A DNA stretch of 64,000 nucleotides from contig NC_042997.1 of the NCBI RefSeq assembly GCF_006345805.1, positions 80,476,001 to 80,540,000 of the forward strand, written 5' to 3'. The notes beneath the pieces are model-generated. The model did not search any database and was not told where the DNA came from. It was given only the letters and a program-made list of their open reading frames with translations. The translations under genes were made by a program, and so were the position numbers. This document shows, piece by piece, positions 25,701 through 37,212 of the stretch (the first letter of the stretch is position 1; each line of letters begins with the position of its first letter). The DNA comes from Octopus sinensis. Lineage: Eukaryota.

Positions 25701-27111
25701 CTAGTCTTGCCGGGTCTTCTCACGCACAGCATACTTCCATAGGTCTCGGTCTCTAGTCATTTCCTTGGTGAGACCTAAAGTTCGAAGGTCGTGCTTCACC
25801 ACTTCGTCCCAGGTTTTCCTGGGTCTACCTCTTCCACAGGTTCCCTCAACTGTTAGGGTGTAGCACTTTTGTACACAACTATCTTCAGCCATTCTCGTCA
25901 TATGACCATACCAGCGCAGCCGTCTCTCTTGCACACCACAACTGACGCTTCTTAGGTTCAACTTTTCTCTCAAGGTACTTACACTTTGACGATTATGAAC
26001 ACTGACATTACACATCCATCGGAGCATACTGGCTTCATTTCTTGCGAGCTTACGCATATCCTCAGCAGTCACGGCCCATGTTTCACTACCATGTAGCATG
26101 GCTGTACGTACACATGCATCATACAGTCTGCCTTTTACTCTGAGCGAGAGGCCTTTTGTCACCAGCAGGGGTAAGAGCTCTCTAAACTTTGCCCAGGCTA
26201 TTCTTACTCTAGCAGTTACACTTTCAGCACACCCACCCCCGCTACTGACTTGGTCTCCTAGGTAGCGGAAGCTATCAACTACTTCTAGTTTGTCTCCCTG
26301 GAACGTGGTAGAAGTTGGTCTCTGCACATTTCCAGTGTTTATTTCTCCTGAGCATCTGCCACATATGAAAACTATCTTCCCAGTTAGCCTACCTTTGACA
26401 TTGCTGCACCTCTTATGTGTCCATAGCTTACACTTGGTGCACCTTATAGAGTTTCTACCTACACCTTTTTTACAGATCGAGCAGGGCCATCTACCTGAAG
26501 TCGTTTGTTGTTGGTCCACCTTCCTACTTATTAGGACTTTGGTTTTGGCTAGGTTGATTCTAAGGCCTTTCGATTCTAATCCTTGTTTCCACACCTGAAA
26601 CTTCTCCTCCAGTTCTGTTAGTGACTCAGCAATTAGAGCAAGGTCATCAGCATAGAGGAGCTCCCAAGGGCATCCTGTCTTGAATTCTTCCGTTATTGCC
26701 TGGAGGACTATGATAAATAGGAGGGGGCTGAGGACTGAACCTTGGTGGACCCCAACCTCTACCCGGAATTCTTCACTGTACTCGTTGCCAACCCTCACCT
26801 TACTAGCAGCGTCTCTGTACATGGCTCGCACAGCTCTCACTAACCATTCATCTATCCCTAGTTTCCTCATTGACCACCAGATAAGGGATCGGGGGACCCT
26901 GTCAAAGGCTTTCTCCAAGTCAACAAAAGCCAGGTACAAGGGCTTACCTTTGGCTAGGTATTTCTCCTGCAGCTGTCTTACCAGGAATATAGCATCAGTA
27001 GTACTTTTCCCTGGCACAAACCCAAACTGCATATCATCTAAGCTAACTCTCTCTCTAATTAATTGGGCTATAACCCTCTCCGTAACCTTCATTACCTGAT
27101 CCAGCAGCTTG
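25701..27111 (-). CDS. RTE reverse transcriptase segment, open frame, with internal C4HC3 finger
   Basis: QFGF, DLEKAFD, GVHQGSVLSP, LLYADD, FRYLG, GRGRPRKTW motifs. Confidence 0.93.
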
Positions 27112-27112
27112 G

Positions 27113-28093
27113 ATCGACTACATCCTTGCCAGAAAAAGGGAAAGACGGCTGCTTATAAATGCCAAAATCTTTCCAGGCGAAGAATGCACCCCACAACATA
27201 GACTGGTAGTTAGTGACTTTAGGATCAGGACTAAGAGGGCGACTAGAAGACGACCAACATGGAGAAGAAGGGTCTGGAAGCTTAAAGACCCTGCGAATGG
27301 ACAGAGATTTAGAGACATGTTACTTGAAGCCTTTGACGAAATGGAAGGGGGTATAGCTACGCATGGGGTAGAAGACAACTGGGCGCTTCTGAGGGACAAC
27401 CTGCTGAAAGCCACTGACCAGATCTGCGGCTGGTGCAAAGTCCCTTTAAGACCCAAAATAACGTGGTGGTGGAACAATATTATTGACTGGGCTATTAGAC
27501 AAAAGAAACAGGCTTGGAAGAACGGTGGTAGCAGGGAAGTGTATCAGACTGCCAGAAGGGAAGCTAGGAGACAGGTCTATCTAGCCAGAGGGGAAGCAGA
27601 TAAGAGAAAATTTGCCAATGTCCTGCGCCGTGAGGATGAAAGACTTGAGGTATTTCGTGTTGCAAGACAGTGTGTGAGAGAGAATCGTGATGTGGTAGGA
27701 GAGAAATATGTTCGCAAGGATGACGGTTCACTTGCGCTAAATGAGGATGCAAAGAGAGAGGCTTGGAGACGCCACTATGAAAGGTTGCTGAATGAGGAAA
27801 ATGAATGGGATAAAGAGAGTCTGCCGAATGTTGACCCAACAGAGGGACCAGCTATCCGAGTTGATAGTTCCGTGGTAGCTAAGGCAATTAGAAGCATGAA
27901 GACAGGGAAAGCCCCAGGCCCATCAGGAATTACTGCAGAGATGCTCAAAATATCTGGTAGTGTCGGCTATAGCATAGTCACCCGTATAGTTAACCAGGTG
28001 ATACACGAAGGAGTCATACCCAATGACTGGTGTAGCAGCATAATAGTCAACTGCTACAAAGGTAAAGGCGACGCCCTAGATACAAGTAATTAC
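27113..28093 (+). CDS. Inverted RTE segment: end of APE, linker and RT domain 0 (open frame)
   Basis: IDYILARK...PQHRLVV...KTGKAPGPSGI...PNDW...YKGKGDALDTSNY. Confidence 0.9.
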
Positions 28094-29035
28094 TGGGGTG
28101 GGGAAATGCCACTCTCTCCAACCTTATTTTGCTTTCCAAGTGGGATTTGAAAAGGTCCATGACAGCTTAGCTTAGAATGAAAGAGTTTATCCTCAGTCTT
28201 TTCAGCCTCGTCCACTGCCCAACCTCTTTTGCCATACCCACTAAACAGAAATGAATTGCCTGCCCTTCACGGTTAAAGGAAGGGTAGGCAGTTTTCCTCC
28301 ACTGTCTTTCTCTGGTTAATTTTTACTCCTGTTACAACTTCGTATTCTCTCAGAGCAGCGCCCATTATCTCGATGTATCTACTGCCCGACACTCTTATAA
28401 TGACTTTGTCTGCAGTTGATGAAACCAGTCTCCGACATCCTCTTCACGTGAGGTGCACCTCGATAACTCTTACCCCCGCAACAATGGCTCGAGTGCCTGC
28501 GCGTACCTATGGAACGAGAGGAGGAAGCCCTGACGGAACAAACCGAACGCTTCCGATAAACCAATAGTTCTCAACCGGGATCCATACGACCCTGAGGTTC
28601 CATATAAAATATATGGGTATATTCACAAAAACAGTAAATTGGGGATTCCTGATAGTATTTTAAGGGTCTCTGAAAAGTTTTGCATTAGATATATTTATTG
28701 GGATGTTTCTTGTAAGAAACAGCTAGGTTTTTTCCTTTGATATTTTACACAGTTCGTCCGACACAAGTCAATGCATAAAAAAACAAGATAGGAATTTTGA
28801 AGAAGTTGAGACTGCATTGTAAACATCGAATGGCTATGAGGGTCCACCAGAAGAAAATAATATTCAAAGGGGTCCACAGATAAAAAGAAATGGTTGAGAA
28901 ACCCTGCGATAGACCGTCATTTTTCTCTGACCACCGCCAAGGTGTTGCAGTACACTGCAGCGATCCAATAACTGAATACGGGATCGAAGCAAGATACCGT
29001 GAGGACAGCTGCCACATATTGAGGGTTAACCCTAT
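28094..29035 (-). pseudogene. Old L1/Tx1-type RT relic inside the RTE
   Basis: RQGFLLSFHRYAQALEPLL (cf. RQGCPLSP.L..LALEPLL), ADKVII...LREYEVVTGVKINQRKT, C-terminal MAKEVGQWTR...LFKSHLESKIRLER. Confidence 0.75.
28562..28906. mobile_element. hAT (Charlie-like) MITE
   Basis: TIRs caatagttctcaacc and ggttgagaaaccctg; 8 bp TSD cgataaac/cgatagac; paralog at 62205. Confidence 0.85.
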
Positions 29036-29244
29036 CGAAAATTTAAAATAATTATTATGATTTAACATTTTTGCTAAATGTCAACGGGGGAAGTCGATAA
29101 TATTAATTCTTAGTGTTTAATTTGCACTTTCTTCTATTGATTCCGAAATGATCAAAAGAAAAGTTGACATCCGAATGTTTTATATGTTCTGATGTCAACT
29201 TTTCCAATCAGTTCTACCAGTTTGCTGTGGATATAACTGGTACG

Positions 29245-29729
29245 GTAGTCGATTTGGCTAGTATGCCGGCCCGATCGGTAGGTGACCAGGTGGCTTGTTG
29301 GTTTCCTGAAGTTAGTGTTGCAGACCATAAGACTATTCGCATCGCAGAACTCCAGCAGCCTGGTTCCCTCCTCGTTGCGGGAACCATAACCGTAGCCTCC
29401 ATGTACGCCATGGAAGCCCCCAGCATGTCGTCCAACATGCCCATTGAAATCACCAGCCACAAAGAGAAGGTCCCTGTCGTTCGTCAATGAGGTGGTCTGC
29501 AGTAGGGTGTCATAGAAACTGTCTTTCTGTCCATCGGGTAGCCCTGGCTGAGGGGCATAGGCCGATATGATGGTTGCTAATCTATTATGAAGCACTATTC
29601 TAATCTTAAGTATTCTGTCACTTACTCTGATTACCTCAATTACTCTATCTACCCATTTCTCAGCGATAAGTATACCCACGCCACCAACCCCGTCAGTGTT
29701 CCCTGCCCAGAAAATCTTGTACCTGTGTT
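29245..29729 (-). CDS. RTE AP-endonuclease segment, 5'-truncated, open frame
   Basis: GGVGIL, ISAYAPQ, AGDFNGHVG, RNEEGTRLLEFC, TSQIDY. Confidence 0.92.
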
Positions 29730-29749
29730 AATATATATATATATATATA

Positions 29750-30062
29750 ATAAATATTAGGGAATAAATCCAAATTTACAGGGAAAAAAATCAGATTTAG
29801 GATTAAATCCAATTTTATAGTAAAATATTATAAAATATTATTAGAGACAAAACCACTATTTTGCAAAACAAACAAGGAAAGACTTAATCAATACATAATC
29901 AATTCATAATTTGAAACTGACTTATTGGAAGTCCACCTGAAGATTGTCGATCAAGACAAGAAACGATTGTAGTGGCGGTTTTTTTGACTATTTATTAAAG
30001 TTTTATGTATTGATTAAGTCTTTCCTTGTTTGTTTTGCAAAATAGTGGTTTTGTCTCTAATA

Positions 30063-30072
<10 letters not shown>
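29750..30072. mobile_element. Penelope-pLTR-like element in (TA)n with 70 bp inverted repeat
   Basis: 29829-29898 is the reverse complement of 30003-30072; the spacer holds a hammerhead. Confidence 0.75.
29933..29975 (+). ncRNA. Minimal type-I hammerhead ribozyme
   Basis: ccac-CTGAAGA-ttgtc-gatcaa-gacaa-GAAA-cgattg-TA-gtgg: full catalytic core, stems I and II paired, near-palindromic stem III, GUA cleavage triplet. Confidence 0.8.
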
Positions 30073-30106
<34 letters not shown>

Positions 30107-31344
30107 CAGTCATATATTTCCATCTGATGAGTTTGTGCCTGCTCATAGGCATTTCGCAAAATTCACATTAGCAACAAGGTTTGAAGTCAAATTCTTTAAA
30201 TTATTTCGAAACCCTATAGTTTAAAGATTGCCATCTGGTATAGAAATAAGAATAACTATCTTTGTATACAAAACCTCCTACACAGGAATTTACTTTCCCT
30301 CATTCATCACTTGTAACTAATAACGGACAAGGTTGTTAAAGCATTATTAACTGAAATGATGCTTCAGTAAATCTATTCTAATATGTTCTATGTATCAAAT
30401 TCTACTACTAAATAAGGTGGAGAGAAGAATATGGAATCACTAAAACTCCTGGAAACTAAAAATCTATTTCTATATTTCACTGTTGTAGAATAAAATGTCC
30501 TATCAAAAGAGATTCAAGAACATCCTTTTGTATTTTCAACAAAATATTACGATACTTTTGTTTCGCCCTTCTTGAGCTATGAGAAAAATCTGTCTATGAT
30601 GAAAAGGAAGTCCTGAAACACTATTGTTCTTCATTCCTTTGATATATTTGCAGCAAGATGATGTTTATGATAGGAGCAGCTTATCAACTGAAGGAAAACA
30701 TTTTTCTGGATAACTACTATGATCGATACAAAATTAGACAACACACACATACACATTATTATTTATCTAAATATGATCATTGTCTTTGCTGTTTCATTCC
30801 AACAATCAAACACAGAAAAAATACTTTCAACATCAAATATTGCATTATATAGTAGAAATTTTCCAGTGTTGGTAGCAGTTACTTTAAAAGAGGTACATCA
30901 ACTTATATTCTATCTTGAGGACAGAAAAGAAGAACACTATTTGGAAAGTAATTTACAATCTTCTACTGTATGCCAATTGCTTAGACAGTTGAGGAAGTTT
31001 ACTATTAAATAATAAAAATACAAAACCATAGCTTAATAGTTTTCAGGATATTTTTAATTTCACATAATTATAATATTTATGAGAAGAAACTTGTTTTTAC
31101 TTCACATTGTTATTATATTGAGCAGATATATACTATAACATGACATGGTTAAATTTAGAAGGATAAGTGAAACAGCAGGAGATACAAAGATGTTGTAAGC
31201 CCTTCTGATGTTAACTGAAGATATCACAATGTCTGGAACCTTTTGACATCTTCAGTAGGCATTTTAGGGTTACAAGTGCTTTGCCCATTAGCCTATATGC
31301 TTTGACCGAATGGGGCAACAAGAACTGAATAGGCTTTTGCTTAC

Positions 31345-31780
31345 TCAAGGAAAGCATCTATGGTCTCTTGTCAGCCACAACCACCTCAAGCTGATCTCAG
31401 TTGCCATGGTTTCCTCCAGTTCTTTGAGTCCCAAATCTATCTTGTGCAAGAAATAGCACATTGATCTTACTGGGAAACAATGACATCCAATTTCCTTGGT
31501 TAATGAGATTACATGCCACCCTTTGGAAAGAGCCTCATTAACCAAGTCCAGGTATTTGCCTTTCTTTAGTTATACAGCAATATTCCTCTGTTGCTTCTCA
31601 GCCCCTCGGCACTATAAACTTAGTCTTGCTCCCAGCATTGGCACTGCTTCAAACTCTTGGTGCTACAATTGCCAAATCCTAAACCATCCATGACAGACTA
31701 CCACAACAATCCCCTAGTGATTCCAGTATGCTCTGCTTCTTTCACAGCTTCCTGGAGCTTTCACTTCTTGTTACCTTTTA
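31345..31780 (-). pseudogene. HERO/NeSL-like LINE relic, restriction-like endonuclease C-terminus
   Basis: KKGKYLDLVNEALSKGWHVISLTKEIGCHCF...EISLRWLWLTR fits K..KY..L....GW....EVG.RGF...S.WLW..R. Confidence 0.6.
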
Positions 31781-31849
31781 TCATCTTATGTATGTGTCTA
31801 ACTTTTTCAACCCATGATAGAAGCAATGTACTGACTGCTCTAACCTTAC

Positions 31850-32250
31850 CCCTTTAGTGTTCAGATTAATCTGTCAAATGTAATGCTTATTTGTTCATGT
31901 TATTTTGAATTATTCAGGTTCAAGAGGAGTGTCCAGAATATTTGCTTGCAACTTTGTTAATTTTTTACATACAGATTTGAAATTTTGTCAATCAGTGCTT
32001 ATATACCAGTGGTTTATAATTATGTAATTTTAACTGATCTTTCTGATTAAATTTGACTTTTATGGACAGGTAAATTTAAACAACAGGTGTAAAAACAATA
32101 ACATTATGGATACACACTAAAATTGAAATTCTTAATGCATCTTACCTGTTTGATTTGTAACTAATAATTATCCCAGATGTCAACTGCCAACAATTTTGTC
32201 ACTTTTCAAGATGAGATACTTTTATTTGAATTAATTAAAATACAGGTGTA
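31850..32250. mobile_element. End of a TTAA-type MITE, inverted paralog of ~52590-52991
   Basis: ccctttagtgttcagattaat terminus plus ~350 bp shared internal sequence. Confidence 0.75.
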
Positions 32251-32769
32251 ACGCACAAGATTTTATTCTTTTTCTATATTTCATTCAAATATTTTCATTG
32301 AAAATAAAGTACAAAACTCTTTTACTAGTCAATATACCAATGGCTATGTACTCTATGTATCTAATAAAAAAGCTCATTAACACATGAGGCAAAGGTGAAT
32401 ACAAGTGTGTAACATACTGAAAATTAATATGTATTTCTCCCTTTCACATATTATTTGTAATAAAATGAAAGGAATATATCAAAAGGATGTGTTATAATAT
32501 TATTCCACATATGCAAAAACAGCCATATTAACAATCCAATAATACTATTCCACATATACAAAAACAGCCATACTATCAATCCAACATACCTCCATCATCA
32601 GCTGCCCCACAGATATCATTATGGTTTCGACACCTGGGCAGTGCCATTCAATCCGGCAGTGTCAACAGCACTAAAATAAGTGTTGTTTGAGAACAAAGAA
32701 ACCACAACTTTCAAACACATTTACCCTTATGTACAACCGTATCAGTAAATAAATTCAATAAGTAAATTA

Positions 32770-33160
32770 CAACTCCTAAATAGACATAATTCTGGAGATA
32801 TATGAATCACCATACCATATATCAAGACTCCAGTAGTTCCACAGTTGAAGAAGCTGCTTGATGCCAAACAATGTTTATAGTAAAAAAAAAGCTTGCATTT
32901 CAGCAGTATCAGTTGGCTGCCATAGTGGATTGGGTCTTCCACGAATGTTGAGCATATATATTTGTTTCCTCATAAAAAACTTTCTGGTAAAAATAAATAG
33001 TCCAATGGTTGAGCATTGGGAGGTAGTTTGTGTTGTGGACTAGTCTTTTCTGAGAAATCAGGAATTGTGGTTGATGCTGCCATAATGTTTTCAATATCAT
33101 TTTCATCACTTTCATTTTTATCACTTTCATTATTGAAATTTTCCTTGCCTGACAAAGATT
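32770..33160 (-). pseudogene. piggyBac transposase N-terminal relic
   Basis: PDFSEKTSPQHKLPPNAQPLDY; EETNIYAQ; WQPTDTAEMQAFF...FGIKQLLQLWNYWSLD...ISRIMS. Confidence 0.75.
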
Positions 33161-33987
33161 CATAAAATCTTTGAGATTATTTGAGAGAAGTGTAGATGGA
33201 GAAAATGTGTTTATACATTTAATGTTAGATTTTGTAGACAACTCACTGTTACATTTTGAAATTGTTGTGTGTTATAGACAAGTGTACAAGCTTTTTGAAA
33301 TAGATTGTTTGCAGAAAAGATTGAAAGAAATATAAGACTCCCTTGCAGTGGGTGAGGAAAACAAAAGGATGATACCTTATAGAAATATCCATCATTATTC
33401 TATTATGTTCTTTTTCCATGCTGGCATAGGCTGGATGGTTCAATAGCCTCTGAATTAGTTCTTATTAGAATTACAGCACTTCTAGATGAGTCAGAGGACT
33501 ACCTTGTTCAGATAATCTCAGTTTTGGCATAATTTCTTCTGCATGATGCCCTATCAAACACCAATCACTTTATAGAATGTACTAAGTGTTTTTTTTTAAT
33601 ACCTTTTCTTCCACTTTTTTAAAAATTATTATATTCAGTACTAGAGATTGTCATGCCTTTGACAAGACCAAAGAGTCTTTTTGACCCCAATCACTTCTGG
33701 TGATGTCACTATAAAGTTGCTTGGCAGCAACTTTATGGTGGAATCACCAAAAGTAGGGTTACTTTGTACTGCTTAGAAGTTGAATATATGAGAACAACAG
33801 TGACAGAAGAATATCCAGGATGACTGAGATAGGGAAGTAAGAATGTGATGGTAAGAACAGAGGAACTAAGATGAGAGGGCAATAAAAAAGTAGGAAGAAA
33901 GTAGGAAGAAAGTGATTGAGAGATAAAAGAGATAAGCAATACAAGCATTGATGATAAAGATATTTGTGATAGGTGTGTCAGTGATAA

Positions 33988-35000
33988 TCATCATCATCAT
34001 CATTTAGTGTCCATTTTCCATGATGGCATGGATTAGATGGTAGGACTGGAGCTAGCAAGCTGGAGAGCTGGCCACACCAGGCTCCAATCTGTTTTGGCAA
34101 GGTTTCTACGACTGGATGCCCTTACCAATGCCAACAACTCCACAGAGTGTACTGGGTGCTTTTTATGTGTCTTTTATGTGTCACTAGTGCAGGTGCCTAT
34201 TATGTTCACTGGCACAGGCACCTTTCACATGTCACCAGCATGTTACCTTTCATGTGTCTTTTATGTGTCACCAGCACATAAAAGTTTTATATGTTACTGG
34301 CACAGGTACCTTTTATGTGTTCCTGGCACTGACCACACCTATGATATGGTGTCTTCTCCAGCACAAAAGTCTCGGTTCACTTGACATCGCCTCCATGAGA
34401 CTCAACATCCAAAGATTATATTTCACCACCTTATCCCACATTTTCCTGGGTCTACCTCTTCCATAGGTTACCCTGCACAGTCAGAGATTAGCACTTCTTT
34501 CTGCAGCTGTCCACATCCATATGCATCACATAGCCACACTAGTGCATTCTTCTCTCTTGCACTACATCTTATGCCCTTTATACTTAATTTTCCTCTTAAG
34601 ACACTCACACTCTTGCACATTCAGTAGAACATACTAACTTCATTTCTTGCAAGCTTTCACATGTCCTCTGCAGTCACAGCCCATGTTTCACTGCCATGTA
34701 GCATGGGTATAATGTAGCATGGCTGTTTGCACAAAGGCATCATACAATCTGCTTTTCACTCTGAGAGAGAGGCCCTTTGTTACTGACAAAGGTAGCAACT
34801 CTCTGAATTTCACCCATCCTGTTCTTATTCTAGCAGCTACACTCTCAGAGCATCATCATCCACTGCTGATTTTGGTCACCTAGGTAACAGAAGCTATCTA
34901 TTACTTCTAGATGTCCTCCTGGCCATTTGACAAAGTCTATTTTTCACACATTCTTATTGTGCCTACACATCTGCCACACACAAAGACCATTTTTTCTGTT
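33988..35000 (-). mobile_element. Older RTE: 3' UTR plus decayed RT C-terminus
   Basis: (cat)n tail, hairpin units, homology to 25800-26380. Confidence 0.85.
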
Positions 35001-35409
35001 TGACTATTTTATCAAATAAACAAAAGATGTAGACTTAGCATTATGTGTGTTTCTATATATGTATACATACAAACACACTCACACAATTTTAATATCCATT
35101 ATACTCTATATGCATGGGTGAGTATGTCTTTTCCCACACAGCAGGTCACCACTTGGCACAATCCTTTGTCATCTCCTCCATGGGATGCAACTACAGATTA
35201 GTGTTATGTCTTCCTCAATTTCCTTTAATATTTTTCCATGGCCATGAACAACATCGCTTATTTGATGATGATGATGATGCCCATTTACAACTATAATGTG
35301 ACGTCAAAATAAGGGCACACACACGAAGGGTTTCTTTCAGTTTCTGTCAACCAAATCAACTGACAAGGTTTTGATCAGCCCAGGGCTGTAGAAGAAGGAC
35401 AGGAACTCC

Positions 35410-35800
35410 AAACTGCTAATGCAAATCAAAATCAAGCTGTTCATTGTAACTGTCAAATCAATGCTATCATATGGCAGTGAAATATGGACACTGACAAAGA
35501 AACTATCAAATAGGCTAGATGGCTACTACAAATGGCCCTGAATGTGAAATGGCAGCAACATATGACAAGTTGAAAGTTAACAAGAAGATCAAGCAAATTA
35601 GGTAATATAACTATTTGGTTACTACATGAGCCGTCATGGAATGGAAGCATCCAAATTAGTCTTTTGGAATGCATATGGCGATGTAAGAAGAGGAAAATAT
35701 CATTACACTTTTATCAACAAGTTGATCACAACACTGGTCTGGAATGTATCCAGGAATTTGAGGTAATGATGTTCGACCAAGAAATGTGGCAAGTGGACTT
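35410..35800 (+). pseudogene. RTE-type ORF C-terminal relic splitting a minus-strand SINE (35320-35400 and 35830-35900)
   Basis: SMLSYGSEIWTLTKKLSNRLDG...ALNVKWQQHMT. Confidence 0.6.
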
Positions 35801-37212
35801 CGTTGCTGCAGCCTGGGTTGGTACCTGGTCATGAAAATAAATAATGCAATGGGACTGAACCTGAAACTACATAGTGAAGTAAGCTTCTCAGCCAAGCACC
35901 CACAATGCTAAATTCACTGAAGGGGAGAAAGAGGAATGCAGAAGTGCAGCTTAGCAAGACAAATGTCCCATGATTTTTATCCAGGTATGGGATTTCAGAA
36001 AAATGATTTCTAAAGCATATAATTATTGCCACTAACCATAGTGATAATGGTTGACAATTTTAGAATTGATTGAATTACTTATCAGTATTTATACTTAACA
36101 GAGAAGAAAAAATAAGAGTTAGATAGGGTCCAGGAAGAAAGAGGGAAAATATATTTTGTCAAGTTGCTGAATCATTTTATGAAATGAAAAAGTGAACTAA
36201 GGAGGGAACCTTTACATGGTAACTCAACCTGTTAAGAATTGCAGCTAAATCTCTTTCAGACAAATTAAAAGGAGACAAATTAGGTAATATAACTTTAAAT
36301 ACACTACGCTTTACAAAAGAAAACATGACTTTGATCATGGCTGACCTTGGGCTAAACAACTAAAATTGAGGATGAGCAGATATTTTCAGAACAGCTGTTC
36401 AATCTTAATATTCTGTTTTAGAAGACAAACAAGATATAATCAATTTATATTGACTTTTGGTCACAGCTGAGTATTTAAAGTGCTAGTAATAAAAAAAATT
36501 CTTCTCCAACAGTTTTATTGAGTTCAAGTGTAGGGGGAGCCACTTATTATTATCTCAAAGTATATATGTGACAACTTATTAAATATTATTACCAGATAAA
36601 CTATAATTAGATCTTGCAGTTATTATGTACAAATTATTGTTGTTGCTGAGTATTAATTGGCCTATGCTAATAATTAGGCATTTAGCATCTAATGTCTTAA
36701 ACACAAAGATTTCAATCAATTATAATTATCAGCTTTCTGACATTTTGAGCTACAGCAACAGCTGGGTAAAGTATATGTTATAAATGCTACAAGGAAGAAT
36801 AATAACATCTGACATGGCCTGGTCCCCACACCCGGCACAGGAAGGATACAATAGATGACCATCTTCCATTTGCCACAAACCAATAAATCTTATAGACCAT
36901 CACCTGTGTCTACTTAAAGTAGAGATATGTCATCTTTTTATGTTCATAAATGTTTAAAGAATTATTACAATATCTTATGAAGCATCTTGCTACTGATTTC
37001 TGTCTTTTTCCTGAAATGCAATATTAGACATCACAAAGAGGATATCATCATCATCATCATCATCGTTTAACGTCCGTCTTCCGCGCTAGCACGGGTTGGA
37101 TGGTTCGACCGGGGTCTGGGGAGCCAGGGGCTGCCCCAGGCTCCAGTCTGATCTGGCAGTGTTTCTACAGCTGGATGCCCTTCCTAATGCCAACCACTCC
37201 GCGAGTGTAGTG

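Larger units (their letters stand above)
25034..29729 (-). mobile_element. Young 5'-truncated RTE LINE (subfamily A) with internal inversion and foreign insert
   Basis: (ATG)n tail, 3' UTR hairpin array, RT, linker and APE segments; both ends abut TA repeats. Confidence 0.95.

Noticed and set aside
30120-30225. CTGATGA followed by a hairpin as another hammerhead
   Set aside because: No GAAA closing stem II and no convincing stem I or III
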